DNA from: an uncultured virus (IMG/VR IMGVR_UViG_3300028840_007214)
Lineage: Duplodnaviria > Heunggongvirae > Uroviricota > Caudoviricetes
Direction: 5' to 3' (one strand)
Virus record (IMG/VR): IMGVR_UViG_3300028840_007214
Length of the DNA: 64,000 nucleotides
The notes below the pieces were generated by a model. The model saw only the letters and a program-made list of their open reading frames with translations. It made no database searches and had not been told where the DNA came from. Position 1 is the stretch's first letter; each line of letters begins with the position of its first letter. Both the position numbers and the translations under genes were made by a program. This document shows, piece by piece, positions 23,040 to 33,282 of the stretch.

Positions 23040-23909
23040 ATGGATCAAGAGAGAATTAACGCTATCTATTCAGAGTTAGATGGCATTGATTTTACACTTC
23101 AGGATTATAATACGCCTGATGAGATTTCATTAGCTATTGTTCATTGCCGTAATAAGATTAGTGCTGTAAGTATTTTGGCCGTTGAAGTGCAAAGATCTAT
23201 TGCTTCTGTTCGAAGAGCATATAAGAGTACAAAGAAAGAACGTTTGATCAAGTATAACCAATTAATGCGTGAAAGCGAAGAGGTTAAACAAGGAAAATCA
23301 GGTTTAGATCGTCAGGCAATCGCAGAATCCTTATTGTCTGATCTAGATACGAGCATAAGTGATCTTGAATGCACACTTTCAGATCTCAAATTTTTATACG
23401 AGGCCATCAATTTACGAATCTCAAATTTAAATAAAACGAATAGTGATATTAGATTAGCGTGGAATATTATGAGTTCTTCAGTACCTCAAATAGTTGACGC
23501 CTTAAAAGATCCATCACCTATTTCAGTTACTGAAGAAGATTTTTCAGATTTCGATCTATCTACTGACATAAGTAAACTCAAAGGTTCAGAACCTAAAGAA
23601 GAACCGAAGAAAGAGGAACCGAAGAAAGAGGAACCGAAGAAAGAGGAACCTAAAGAAGAACCGAAGAAAGAGGAACCGAAGAAAGAGGAACCGAAGAAAG
23701 AGAAGTCGAAACCTTCAAAGAAAAAGTCAGAAGAAATTTCTGAAGAAGGTTTTGGTCTTTCAGAAGAAGTAGATCTTGATCTTAGTGGCGAAGAGATTGG
23801 TGCGCCTGTCAGCTTAGATTCAGAACCTTCTTCAGAAGATGCTGATTCTGAAAAAGAAGACACAACATCAGATGATGTTGATATCGAGGATTTTTTGAAC
23901 GATTTGTAA
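23040..23909 (+). CDS. Coiled-coil protein (UvsY-like N-terminus, tentative) with EEPKK repeats and an acidic tail
   Basis: RBS aggag; helical N-half; (EEPKK)n; acidic end DIEDFLNDL. Confidence 0.55.
   Translation: MDQERINAIYSELDGIDFTLQDYNTPDEISLAIVHCRNKISAVSILAVEVQRSIASVRRAYKSTKKERLIKYNQLMRESEEVKQGKSGLDRQAIAESLLSDLDTSISDLECTLSDLKFLYEAINLRISNLNKTNSDIRLAWNIMSSSVPQIVDALKDPSPISVTEEDFSDFDLSTDISKLKGSEPKEEPKKEEPKKEEPKKEEPKEEPKKEEPKKEEPKKEKSKPSKKKSEEISEEGFGLSEEVDLDLSGEEIGAPVSLDSEPSSEDADSEKEDTTSDDVDIEDFLNDL
23589..23702 (+). repeat. 15-bp coding tandem repeat (GAACCGAAGAAAGAG) encoding EPKKE
   Basis: About 8 visible units including 12-bp variants. Confidence 0.9.
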
Positions 23910-23921
23910 AAGGAGCTCAAG

Positions 23922-24209
23922 ATGAACAAGGATGCATTTGTTAGAGGCGTTGCAGAAGAGTGCGGTTTAGATCCTAACAAAGGAAAAGATCGGGCACTCG
24001 TAGATACCGTGATTTTCAAAGGTTTTGCCCCGTTTATCAAAAAGACTTTAGCTGCAGAAGACAAACTTACGATTGCTAATTTTATCTCTTTTAAGACAAG
24101 TATCCGTAAAGCCCGTAAAGGCAGAAATCCGGCTACAGGTGAAACGATCGATGTTCCTGAGAAGAGGAGTGTCCGCACTCGTCTGCACCAGAGTTTGATC
24201 GAGCAATAG
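23922..24209 (+). CDS. hup: HU family DNA-binding protein
   Basis: MNK...RKARKGRNPATGETIDVP. Confidence 0.92.
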   Translation: MNKDAFVRGVAEECGLDPNKGKDRALVDTVIFKGFAPFIKKTLAAEDKLTIANFISFKTSIRKARKGRNPATGETIDVPEKRSVRTRLHQSLIEQ

Positions 24210-24210
24210 C

Positions 24211-24501
24211 TTGAAAGATTTCGAGAGATCTTTCAAAGAAGCTCTAGAAGTAGTTTGTGAGCATCCTCTTAAGAAGAGAGAAGTTAAGAAATTACTTCTA
24301 ACTTTATTTGAATGTTTGTTTGAAGAGTTATCAACTAATGGGCATTTCATTTTTCCTAAAGGGTATGGGTCATTGCGCATCAAGCAATCAAAACCTTTTA
24401 AGATGCAGAAAGCTTCTGGAGAAGAGATCGAAGTGCCCAGCAGTAGAGTAATTCGGTATTATCCAGGTCGTCTAATAAAGAGGAGGATCAATAATGTCTG
24501 A
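24211..24501 (+). CDS. Divergent HU/IHF-like protein
   Basis: FPKGYGSL...SGEEIEVPSSRVIRYYPG matches the HU/IHF arm pattern; TTG start. Confidence 0.7.
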   Translation: MKDFERSFKEALEVVCEHPLKKREVKKLLLTLFECLFEELSTNGHFIFPKGYGSLRIKQSKPFKMQKASGEEIEVPSSRVIRYYPGRLIKRRINNV

Positions 24502-25168
24502 GGGTATGATTGAAGAAATTGGGTTCGATGATGATAGCGTAAAAGTATTTGATATCGAACTCTACAAGGGGAGGAAAGGATATTCGGATCGAGTTGGTTT
24601 TCCTCTGCTTGGAAAAGGTAAAGGTTCGAATCCTGTGCCGTTCACTCTTAAAGCAAGAGTGCATTACAATGAGAACACCGGTACGTTCTTATGCCTGAGC
24701 ACTCCGGAAGAGAAAGCTGATTGCTGTAAAAAGCTTGGAGATCCCGGATTGCGCTTTGGTACAATTGTGGTTCAGTATCTTACCGAGAAGAATGGTACTT
24801 TGAAGAAACCTGGTGGTTATGATTTGAAGTTCTGGTTCTTCTCAGACAAGAAATTTGATAAGTTAAGATCGGTCAATAGTGAATACTCATTGGCTGAAAA
24901 GGATCTTAAGATCTCCTGCACCAATGAAGAATTTCAGCATCTTGACATGATGCCCTGTAAAGAAGCGATTTGGTTGCTGAAAGAGAACCTGAAAGAAAAG
25001 ATTCAGGAAGACGCGGAGAAGCTTAAGCCGCAGCTTAAAAAGCTGCTTGCGCGCAATAAGACCATTGATCAAGTACGTGAAGATCTTGGAATTTCGTCTG
25101 GCGGTTCAGGACATATCGACGAATCCGATCTTGGCGATTATAGTGACGTGCTTGACGAAGTCGACTAA
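24494..25168 (+). CDS. Single-stranded DNA-binding protein, gp32-like
   Basis: VHY...FLCL...CC putative Zn site, beta-rich core, acidic tail; located next to RecA; strong RBS aggagg. Confidence 0.65.
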   Translation: MSEGMIEEIGFDDDSVKVFDIELYKGRKGYSDRVGFPLLGKGKGSNPVPFTLKARVHYNENTGTFLCLSTPEEKADCCKKLGDPGLRFGTIVVQYLTEKNGTLKKPGGYDLKFWFFSDKKFDKLRSVNSEYSLAEKDLKISCTNEEFQHLDMMPCKEAIWLLKENLKEKIQEDAEKLKPQLKKLLARNKTIDQVREDLGISSGGSGHIDESDLGDYSDVLDEVD

Positions 25169-25206
25169 GCAGCTAACTCCAAAGCCTACCTCTAAAGGTA
25201 TTCCAG

Positions 25207-25854
25207 GTGAATGATCTAATATTGGGTGTAGATCCTAGTTTGACCTCAACAGGATGGTCAATTCTTAACGGGGCTACGAAAAAATGTCTTGATTGGGGTG
25301 CAATTAAGACCACCACAAAGGAGTTAATGGTTAAACGCTTTTTGGTGATCCGAAAAGAAGTTGATCAGTTAATAGCCCAATATAAGATTAAATTTGTTGG
25401 CTGTGAATCTCCTGTTTTTGGCGGTTATGAAACAGGTACTGCTTTTGCTCTTTACATTCTTTTGCAAGAAGCCTTTCTAAAACGTAAAGTTAATTTAGTT
25501 TATTTCGCTCCTAAACAGTTACATAAACTTCTAAAGGAAGAAGGTTATGGGACAGCCGGGAAGATTTTTAAATCCGATAGTGTAGAAGCTGCTACAGATT
25601 TTTTAAACAATCAATTACCTAACCGCGCCACCGGAGATAAAGCCGATTCATTGCATGCTGCCCGTTTGGGTTATCGTTTTTGGCAATTTTTTAATAAGAA
25701 GTTGAAGATAGAAAATTTAACGAAAGCCGAAAAAGAAATGTTCGCTAAAACTCATACATTCGTAAAAGGTAATAAAAAAGGCACTACTGAGAGAAAAGGT
25801 ATAATATATAGGGAAGATGATTTATTTTTTAGATTTTCTAAGCACAGTATTTGA
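25207..25854 (+). CDS. ruvC: RuvC-like Holliday junction resolvase
   Basis: ILGVDPSLTSTGW, CESP, DKADS catalytic acidic pattern. Confidence 0.85.
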   Translation: MNDLILGVDPSLTSTGWSILNGATKKCLDWGAIKTTTKELMVKRFLVIRKEVDQLIAQYKIKFVGCESPVFGGYETGTAFALYILLQEAFLKRKVNLVYFAPKQLHKLLKEEGYGTAGKIFKSDSVEAATDFLNNQLPNRATGDKADSLHAARLGYRFWQFFNKKLKIENLTKAEKEMFAKTHTFVKGNKKGTTERKGIIYREDDLFFRFSKHSI

Positions 25855-25873
25855 TTTTTGATCGAGAAGCTCC

Positions 25874-27085
25874 ATGTCTAAGAACTTTAAGAAAGCAATT
25901 GATTCAGTTCGCAAAGCAACCGAAGACAGACCGATCAATCTTGCTGCAGATTTTCCAGAATGGCCCGCATTGAGTACTGGAAGCATTGTACTTGATAAAG
26001 TGATCGGTATTGGAGGTATCCCGAGAGGTAAGGTTACCGAGATCTTTGGGGATGAATCTGCAGGCAAAACAACTGTAGGTATCTCACTCTGTATCCAAGC
26101 TCAAAAGAGCGCAGGCAAGAAAGAAGTTTATCCTGTGCTCGATGATGCGGGCAAGAAGATTAGTTTGACTTCTGTCGGTACTGCACTTTATATTGATTTC
26201 GAACATGCTTTTCATCCTGGCTACGCACGAACAATCGGCTTAGATACTAGTGCAGAACGTTTTCTTTTATATCAACCAGATTACTTAGAAAAAGGCGCTG
26301 CAATTATAAAGCATTTTTTAGATGAGAGTGTTAAGGCTCGTAGGCGTATTGTAGATGTAATTGTTGTTGATTCTGTTAGTGCAATGGTGCCCAAGAAAGA
26401 ATTTGAAGGTGAATTAGATGATGCCAAGAGAATAGGTTTGCAGGCGGCGTTAATGAGTCAACTTTTAGCCGCCAACGGTAAGAAGTTAGGTAAATTAGGA
26501 ATCTCTCTTGTTCTTATAAATCAGTTAAAACCTGCTGTAATTTTAGATCAGTACGCTCCAAAAGATACCGATGCAAAACGAGGATACCGTACGAGTGGCG
26601 GACGCTCTATCAAATTTTATGCAATGCTTCGCATATTGTTAAAAGCGACCCGGAAAGAAAAAGGATTTATTCCTAATTCATTAACCGGCAAGCCTGAAAC
26701 TGTACCGATTAGCACAATGGTTAAAGCAGAGACAGTTAAAAATAAAGTTTGGTATCCTCATAGATCAGGTGAGTTTGTAATTCGCTACGGTGAAGGCATT
26801 GATAATGTACGCAGTGTAATTGATGTTGCTGTTGCGAGCAATATTATCGAGAAGAGTGGGAGTTGGTTTAATTATGAGTCTGAGGTTAAAGCTCATTGTT
26901 TCAAGACGCAGGGGCTTGAGAAATTAAGGAAAGAAGTGCTTGATCGAAAGGATTTAATCTTTGAGATTCAAGATAAGTTAATTGCAAAATCTTCTGATGT
27001 TGTAAAAGCGAGCGACCAAGATATAGATGATTCACAAATTGTTGTTGAAGAGTTCGATGATGATGCTTATGAAGAAACTGATTAA
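25874..27085 (+). CDS. recA: RecA recombinase
   Basis: STGSIVLD..IGIGGIPRG, EIFGDESAGKTT, IDFEH, VVDSV, INQL, SGG..KFY, VKNKV. Confidence 0.97.
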   Translation: MSKNFKKAIDSVRKATEDRPINLAADFPEWPALSTGSIVLDKVIGIGGIPRGKVTEIFGDESAGKTTVGISLCIQAQKSAGKKEVYPVLDDAGKKISLTSVGTALYIDFEHAFHPGYARTIGLDTSAERFLLYQPDYLEKGAAIIKHFLDESVKARRRIVDVIVVDSVSAMVPKKEFEGELDDAKRIGLQAALMSQLLAANGKKLGKLGISLVLINQLKPAVILDQYAPKDTDAKRGYRTSGGRSIKFYAMLRILLKATRKEKGFIPNSLTGKPETVPISTMVKAETVKNKVWYPHRSGEFVIRYGEGIDNVRSVIDVAVASNIIEKSGSWFNYESEVKAHCFKTQGLEKLRKEVLDRKDLIFEIQDKLIAKSSDVVKASDQDIDDSQIVVEEFDDDAYEETD

Positions 27086-27096
27086 GGAGAACTTTG

Positions 27097-29769
27097 ATGC
27101 CCAAAGAGGCTAAATCATCTAAACCGAAAGGCTTAGAAATAAAACCTTATTTTTCCGATGGTGCGAAACACCCTTTTGAAGAAATCTCTTGGGCCCAGAG
27201 AGATGCTGTAATTAAAGGCAAGAAAAAAATTATCTTTGAGCAGAAGAATGTAAAAGTGCCTGAATTTTGGTCAGATCAAACTTTGGCAATTGTTTGCTCT
27301 AAATATTTTGGTGGTTCAGGCCCAACGCGCGAAAAAGGCGTTGATGAGATGATCAAAAGAGTTTCAGGCACAATTACAAAATGGGGTAAAAAGCAAGGAT
27401 ACTTTAAAACGGCAAAGGATGCAAAGATTTTTGATTATGAACTTTGCCATCTTTTAGTTGATCAGAAGATGTCGTTTAATAGCCCTGTTTGGTTTAATCT
27501 TGGGCTTAAAGAGAACCCTCAAACGAGTGCTTGTTTTATATTAGACGTAAAAGATAATATGGAGCATATTGGTCGCAATATGCTCGTTGAAATGAAGATT
27601 TTCCGATGGGGTTCAGGGTGTGGGTCAAATAGATCGCCTTTGCGTGCATCTATGGAATTAATTTCTGAAGGGGGAGTTGCTTCAGGCCCCGTCTCTTTCA
27701 TCTTAATTTATGATACAGAAGCGGGCGTGGTAAAGTCAGGTGGTAAGATGAGAAGAGCCGCTAAGATGGAAATCTTAGATGCAGACCATCCTGATATCTT
27801 TCATTTTGTTGATGCTAAAGCGTTGGAAGAAAGAAAAGCGCATGCTTTGATTGAGGCGGGATATCCGAATGATGAAGCTTATGAAGCAGTTTCTCTTCAA
27901 AATTGTAATTTAGCCGTTCGCTTAACTGACGAATTTATGAAACGTATTGAGGTTGATGGTGATTGGTTTACTACTTTTAGAGTAACTGATGAGAAATATG
28001 ATACCTTTAAAGCGCGCGCACTTTTGAAACGTATAGCCAAAGCTGTTCATTTTTGTGGTGATCCTGGTCTTCAATTTGATGACACGATTAATCGCTATCA
28101 TACTTGCGCCGATACTTCACGCATTAACGCTAGTAACCCATGCAGTGAATTTATGTTTATAGATAATTCTGCTTGTAACTTAGCTAGTTTGAATTTAATG
28201 CGATTTCGTAATCCTGATGGTGCGTTAGATATTGAGGCATATAAGCAGGCTGTAAGGCTTACGATTATTGCTCAAGATATCTTAATCAAACATTCAGGTT
28301 TCCCAATCGAAGAGATTACACGAAACAGTCAAAATTATCGACCTCTTGGTTTAGGTTATGCTAATTTGGGAGCCTTCTTGATTTCGAACGCCTATGCTTA
28401 TGGTTCTTCAGAAGCTCACGCTTTGGCAGGCGCTTTAACCAGTTTAATGACCTCGTCTGCTTATCTTACATCACGTGAGTTGGCAGAAGCTGTTGGTCCT
28501 TTTGCTAAATATAAATCTAACAGGGCTTCTTTTCAGAGAGTTTTAGAGCAACATACTTTGAGCTCAAAGAAGCTTGAGCATGAGATGATAGCAACTTTTG
28601 ATGATGATCAGCATATTGCAGTAATCGAAGAAGCCTGCAAGATTTGGGATTCTCTTACTGATAAAGAGATCAATTCAACTATTGGTTTCCGTAACGCGCA
28701 GGTTACTTTGTTAGCTCCTACAGGCACGATTTCCTTAATGATGGGAGCTGAAACAACAGGTATTGAGCCCTATCTGGACATTGAAGTGCAGAAGGATTTA
28801 GTTGGTGGCGGTTCATTGAGTTTAACTGGGCGTGCTTATTCGTTGGGTCTGCGTAAGCTGGGATATACCAAAGAAGAAGTACAAGGTATTGAAGAAGCTC
28901 TTACATCAGGTACTCCAATCGCAGATCTTGATTTAAAACGAGAAGAACATTTCGATTTGTTTGCCACAGCATTGGGTGAAAGGAAACTTCGCCCGAAAGA
29001 TCATATCGATATTATGAGTTATGTGCAACCTTACTTAAGTGGGGCTATTTCAAAAACAATTAATCTTCCTGAAGCTAGCACAGCAGATGAGATTTATGAG
29101 CTTTTAGTATATGCTTGGAAGAAAGGGTTGAAGTCAATAACGCTTTATCGTGATGGTTCAAAATGGTTGCAACCTTTAAGCAAAAAAGCACAAACGGCAA
29201 AAGGTCTTGCTCCCCTACTTTGGGGTCAGAGAAGAAAATTACCTGCCGACCGTGATTCACACTGTCATGAATTTAGTATTGCTGGGCGTAAAGGTTTCTT
29301 GCATATCGGCTTTTTTGATGATAAGAAACCAGCAGAGCTGTTTATTCGTATGTCAAAAGAAGGCAGTTTAGTCTCTGGAGTTTTAGATCTTGCAGCCACT
29401 TGCGCTTCTTTCGCTTTGCAGTATGGATGTCCTTTAGAAAAATTGGTTGATAAATTTTCTTGGACTCGTTATGAACCTGCAGGTATTACTAGCAATGAGA
29501 AGATTCGTTTTGCGCAATCTATTGGTGACTATATCTTTAGATACCTTGCAACAACCTTTTTAGAGCAACATCAGTTACCTGATGCTCCTGCAGACAAATT
29601 AAAGTTACCCTCTTCTTTAGGTAATCAGCCTGAGATTTCGAAGATCGCGGATAAAGCGGTACCTTCTCAAGATGCACCATTTTGTCCAAATTGTGAGCAA
29701 CAAATGTATCGTTCTGGCACTTGTTTTCAGTGCCGTAATTGTGGTGAATCCGACGGCGTATGTCAATAG
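27097..29769 (+). CDS. nrdJ: Class II (B12-dependent) ribonucleotide reductase with C-terminal TSCPD-like and Cys-rich domains
   Basis: FNSP, SACFI, RRAAKM, SNPCSE, ACNLAS, RPLGLGYANLG, APTGTIS, AISKTINLP, YRDGSK; C-terminal CPNC...CRNCG. Confidence 0.95.
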   Translation: MPKEAKSSKPKGLEIKPYFSDGAKHPFEEISWAQRDAVIKGKKKIIFEQKNVKVPEFWSDQTLAIVCSKYFGGSGPTREKGVDEMIKRVSGTITKWGKKQGYFKTAKDAKIFDYELCHLLVDQKMSFNSPVWFNLGLKENPQTSACFILDVKDNMEHIGRNMLVEMKIFRWGSGCGSNRSPLRASMELISEGGVASGPVSFILIYDTEAGVVKSGGKMRRAAKMEILDADHPDIFHFVDAKALEERKAHALIEAGYPNDEAYEAVSLQNCNLAVRLTDEFMKRIEVDGDWFTTFRVTDEKYDTFKARALLKRIAKAVHFCGDPGLQFDDTINRYHTCADTSRINASNPCSEFMFIDNSACNLASLNLMRFRNPDGALDIEAYKQAVRLTIIAQDILIKHSGFPIEEITRNSQNYRPLGLGYANLGAFLISNAYAYGSSEAHALAGALTSLMTSSAYLTSRELAEAVGPFAKYKSNRASFQRVLEQHTLSSKKLEHEMIATFDDDQHIAVIEEACKIWDSLTDKEINSTIGFRNAQVTLLAPTGTISLMMGAETTGIEPYLDIEVQKDLVGGGSLSLTGRAYSLGLRKLGYTKEEVQGIEEALTSGTPIADLDLKREEHFDLFATALGERKLRPKDHIDIMSYVQPYLSGAISKTINLPEASTADEIYELLVYAWKKGLKSITLYRDGSKWLQPLSKKAQTAKGLAPLLWGQRRKLPADRDSHCHEFSIAGRKGFLHIGFFDDKKPAELFIRMSKEGSLVSGVLDLAATCASFALQYGCPLEKLVDKFSWTRYEPAGITSNEKIRFAQSIGDYIFRYLATTFLEQHQLPDAPADKLKLPSSLGNQPEISKIADKAVPSQDAPFCPNCEQQMYRSGTCFQCRNCGESDGVCQ

Positions 29770-30824
29770 ATATAGATATAAAAGATTTCCAATCTCTTGA
29801 GCAAGTAAAGTTGCGAGTAGAGAAATTTACCACTTTAATTGGTGGTAATAATTTAGGCAAGAGTGCGGTTACTCGAGCAGTGCGTAGTGTCGCGAAGAAT
29901 AAAGGAGATGGTACAAGACTAGGTGCGAAATTCAATGAAGTCACCTTATCTAATGAGCATTTTAAAGTTGTTCGCAAAAAGGGTACGAAATTTAATGATT
30001 ATCGTATTGAGCGTGAAGGGTATGGGTCTGTTGATTATACTAAAGTAAATCGTGATGTGCCTGAAGAGATTGCCCAACTTGGTTTTAAACCTATTCAAGT
30101 TGGGCGTGATAAAGTCTTTGTTCAATTTCCGAATCAGTTCGAAAAGATTTTCCTATTAGATCGACCAAGCGCTGTTGTTGCTGAAGCTCTTTCTAAGATT
30201 TCGAATATTGAAGTCATTAATCGAGCTCTACGCGCTGCTAACCGCGACCGTAAGCAAAAAGAAAGTCTTTTAAAAGTTCGGCGTTCTGACGTAGAGAATT
30301 TAAAAGAAAAGCTGAAACAGTTTGAGCGCCTTGAAGAACTCAATATTCTTTCTGATGAATTGAAACAATTAAAGCGCGAGCATGGTGCTCTTGAGCAGAC
30401 GCTCGAAGAACTTGAAGCATTTCGTTCAGAGGTTACTGATCACAAATCACGCATTGAGCACCTTTCTAGGCTTGATGAAGTTTCATTGCCTAGATTCGAT
30501 TTTTTAATCTTGGATGAAGTCACGTTTTTAAGCACTCAGCTCGAACTTTTAAGAGTTTCTAAAGAGCGTCTCAAACGTCTCTCAAAAACAAAAGAAGTAG
30601 TGTTACCCGAAGTTGACTCTGTTACTACACTTTCAGAAGAAGTCATTTTTATCTCTGATAGCCTTGATGCTTATAAGAACCAAGCGGTTTCTGTAAAATT
30701 AGCGGAAGAAGAATTAGCAGATGTGCTTAAAGAGATTGAAGATCTCGCTGAAGAGATTGCTAAGATAAAGCAAACTGAAACATGCCCCTTTAAAGATGTT
30801 TTTGCATGCACACAGGATTGGTAA
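29760..30824 (+). CDS. SbcC/Rad50-like ATPase, N-terminal half (Walker A plus coiled coil)
   Basis: IKDFQSL, GGNNLGKS, Q-loop region NQFEKIFLL, long coiled coil ending TCPF; no Walker B. Confidence 0.85.
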   Translation: MSIDIDIKDFQSLEQVKLRVEKFTTLIGGNNLGKSAVTRAVRSVAKNKGDGTRLGAKFNEVTLSNEHFKVVRKKGTKFNDYRIEREGYGSVDYTKVNRDVPEEIAQLGFKPIQVGRDKVFVQFPNQFEKIFLLDRPSAVVAEALSKISNIEVINRALRAANRDRKQKESLLKVRRSDVENLKEKLKQFERLEELNILSDELKQLKREHGALEQTLEELEAFRSEVTDHKSRIEHLSRLDEVSLPRFDFLILDEVTFLSTQLELLRVSKERLKRLSKTKEVVLPEVDSVTTLSEEVIFISDSLDAYKNQAVSVKLAEEELADVLKEIEDLAEEIAKIKQTETCPFKDVFACTQDW

Positions 30825-31804
30825 ATATTGTTAGTGCTGCTGATTTTCATTTTTGTGATCGGCCTCCTGCTAGTCGTTTAGATAATTATGCTGAAGCTTT
30901 ATTCAGCAAATTAGATCAAATTATAACGCTTTGTGTGAAAGTAAAAGCTAAAGCTCTTTTAATTCCGGGTGATTTATTTCATGTTAAAACAGCCTCTAAA
31001 AATAGTCATTGGTTAGTTCAAAGATTAATAAGTTGTTTCACAAAACTTAAGGATAATAATTGTCAAGTTATTGCGATTGCAGGCAATCATGATCTTTCTT
31101 ATTCAAATCTTGATACCTTAGAGAAGCAACCTTTTGGTACTTTAGTCATTACCGAATCGATGATACTACTTACTAAAGAGCATCCTTGGGGTGTGCCTGA
31201 AATCATTTTGCGAGAGGATGATTTTAAGATTCGAATTGTTGGTGTTTCTTGTGGTGAAGATGGTTCTGAGGCGCTTGAAGGTCTTACTTTTCAGAAGAAA
31301 GACGAGGACTGGTTAATTTGTATGGCACATGCTTTTGCAAGCCCTCTAAGATCAACTTTTTTTGGAGTTGAAGTTCTCGGTTATAAAGACATGCTCGAAT
31401 TAGACCCAGATATCTTTATTTTCGGGCATTTGCATAAGGATCAAGGTGTTAAATCTTTTGGTGCTAAGCATTTTGTTAATGTCGGGGCTGTTTCAAGAGG
31501 TACAATTGGTGAAGATGATGTGGGTAGAAAACCCAAGATCGCTTTGATTTCACTTAATAAAGAAACTGTTAAAATTACACCGATTGCTCTAAAAGTCACC
31601 CCGGCAGACGAAGTCTTTAATCTTGAAGCTAAAGAGCAAGCTGATTTGCGCAACAAGGATTTGCAAACTTTTATTGAAATGGTTTCAAAAGAGCAAACAG
31701 ATAACTCAGATGATATTAGAGCTGAGCTCGAAGCCCTTTCATTTGCCCAAGAGGTAAAAGAGAAAGCCGAGCACTATCTTGAATTAGCAAAGGATTCCGA
31801 CTAG
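30806..31804 (+). CDS. sbcD: SbcD/Mre11-like metallophosphoesterase nuclease
   Basis: ADFH, GDLFH, GNHD, AH, GHLH motifs. Confidence 0.92.
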   Translation: MHTGLVNIVSAADFHFCDRPPASRLDNYAEALFSKLDQIITLCVKVKAKALLIPGDLFHVKTASKNSHWLVQRLISCFTKLKDNNCQVIAIAGNHDLSYSNLDTLEKQPFGTLVITESMILLTKEHPWGVPEIILREDDFKIRIVGVSCGEDGSEALEGLTFQKKDEDWLICMAHAFASPLRSTFFGVEVLGYKDMLELDPDIFIFGHLHKDQGVKSFGAKHFVNVGAVSRGTIGEDDVGRKPKIALISLNKETVKITPIALKVTPADEVFNLEAKEQADLRNKDLQTFIEMVSKEQTDNSDDIRAELEALSFAQEVKEKAEHYLELAKDSD

Positions 31805-32602
31805 ATGGCTTATTATTTTTCTTGGAATGCGTATTGGACTTATAAAAGTTGTCCAGCAAGGTACCGTAAAATTTACATTACAAAAACTCCAGTGACCAAA
31901 GTCTTAGATCATTATAACTTGGTTTACGGTGTTGTAGTGCATGAGGTTGTTGAGCGATTTTATCGGGATAAGCTTTGGAAGTTAAAGAAAGATTGTAGTA
32001 ATAAGTTAGCGCAGCTTGCACGTGAACTCGCTGTTAAATATATTAAAAGTAAAACTATCCTTTGGGATAAACCTAATCGAAAATCTGCTTCTGAACTTAT
32101 AGAAGAAATTGTGGGGGATGTCCCAAAGCTTTTGGCTGTGATTAAAGAACAAAAACTTTTAAGCCCGGACACTCAATCTGAATATAATTTACGTGCAAAA
32201 CTTTCGAGTTTTACTATTGGGGGCAGAGCAGATCTTTTAGTAAACAAACCTGAAGGTTTATTTTTAATTGATGGTAAAGGCGCTAAGAATAGCAGACCTG
32301 AACATCGTTTACAGCTTATCTACTATACTCTTTGTTTTTATCTCAACAAGCGAGTCATTCCAAAATTTGTAGGTATCTGGTATTTTAGAGAATCAAAGAT
32401 TAAGTGGTTAGATATTACTTCTAAAGAGCTTAAAGAATTAAGAGACGATCTTATTCGAGTTAAAACCTATATCCGAGAAGGAAAGTTTCCTCTTGCTGAG
32501 AAAAAAGATAATTGCTATTGGTGTGATTATAATAATGTCTGCGGCAAAAGTGTTGATCATTTAGAAACCGAATATGGTCAAATAGTAGAAGCTTTTCTAT
32601 AG
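31805..32602 (+). CDS. PD-(D/E)XK nuclease, RecB/AddB/Cas4-like
   Basis: SCPARY, GVVVHE, GRADL...IDGK, QL.YY, CYWCDY..C. Confidence 0.85.
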   Translation: MAYYFSWNAYWTYKSCPARYRKIYITKTPVTKVLDHYNLVYGVVVHEVVERFYRDKLWKLKKDCSNKLAQLARELAVKYIKSKTILWDKPNRKSASELIEEIVGDVPKLLAVIKEQKLLSPDTQSEYNLRAKLSSFTIGGRADLLVNKPEGLFLIDGKGAKNSRPEHRLQLIYYTLCFYLNKRVIPKFVGIWYFRESKIKWLDITSKELKELRDDLIRVKTYIREGKFPLAEKKDNCYWCDYNNVCGKSVDHLETEYGQIVEAFL

Positions 32603-32611
32603 GAGGATCTT

Positions 32612-32995
32612 ATGAGTGTTGTTGGAAAAGATCCAGCGAATATTCAAGCAGCTCAGCAAGATGCCGAGCAACGCAGGTTGAAAAGAAAACAATCTATTCG
32701 GGGTAAGAGCGGAACTGAAAGCGGAGGTGGTGTTGCTTTTGATGAGGCTCCTTCTGAAGCCTCTGAGATTGCCCCTTCTAGCACACCGATTGCTGCTCCT
32801 GTAACCTCTTCTGAAGATACGCAGCAGGTTGAGGGGACTCGAGAGATCAAGATTATTTCAGATGGTACTTTTGCGGGCACTCAGATTTTTGTTGATGGTA
32901 AAGAAACCCGCACTTCTGACATGAAAATCTTTCTAAGTAAGACTTCCGGATTTGTATGTAAAATTACTCAGGAAGTCGATTTGTTTCGGAGTTAA
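32612..32995 (+). CDS. Hypothetical protein
   Basis: RBS aggagg; disordered N-half, short beta C-domain (ISDGT..GT.IFVDG). Confidence 0.6.
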   Translation: MSVVGKDPANIQAAQQDAEQRRLKRKQSIRGKSGTESGGGVAFDEAPSEASEIAPSSTPIAAPVTSSEDTQQVEGTREIKIISDGTFAGTQIFVDGKETRTSDMKIFLSKTSGFVCKITQEVDLFRS

Positions 32996-32997
32996 TC

Positions 32998-33282
32998 ATG
33001 GACGATCTTTCTAAGCGCGTAACTAAGATTAAAGAAAAGAGTGAGAAATTGCATGACAGGAAGATACGTTTAGAGGAGCGTTTAAAATCAGAAAAAGCGG
33101 CATTAGCAAAAGTCGTTCAAGAGATTAAAGATAAAGGATATGATCCTAAAAAGTTAAAGAAAACTGCCGAAGAGAAGAAGAAAGAACTTGAAGAGATAGT
33201 TGACAAAGTTACTGTGGCCTTAGATAAAGCTGAAGAAGTGCTAAATGAGATCGAGAAAGAAGATGCTGGAACGCCTGAATAA
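32998..33282 (+). CDS. Small coiled-coil protein
   Basis: Heptad K/E/L pattern around KGYDP. Confidence 0.6.
   Translation: MDDLSKRVTKIKEKSEKLHDRKIRLEERLKSEKAALAKVVQEIKDKGYDPKKLKKTAEEKKKELEEIVDKVTVALDKAEEVLNEIEKEDAGTPE

Noticed and set aside
23486..24383. Minus-strand ORFs of 230 and 111 aa
   Set aside because: Antisense to the EEPKK repeat and HU genes; the S/F-rich translation is the mirror of E/K codons.
25207..25854. RuvC-like gene as TnpB/Cas12 nuclease, or as the missing lobe of 11351..11923
   Set aside because: Size, motif spacing and position between SSB and recA fit an ordinary Holliday junction resolvase; no TnpB Zn finger.
27097..29769. Intein or intron in nrdJ, recA, dnaX or terL
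   Set aside because: No intein splice-junction or homing-endonuclease motifs noticed, and lengths fit uninterrupted proteins.
31805..32602. PD-(D/E)XK nuclease as CRISPR Cas4
   Set aside because: No cas1/cas2 or array; the recombination-gene context fits a stand-alone phage exonuclease.
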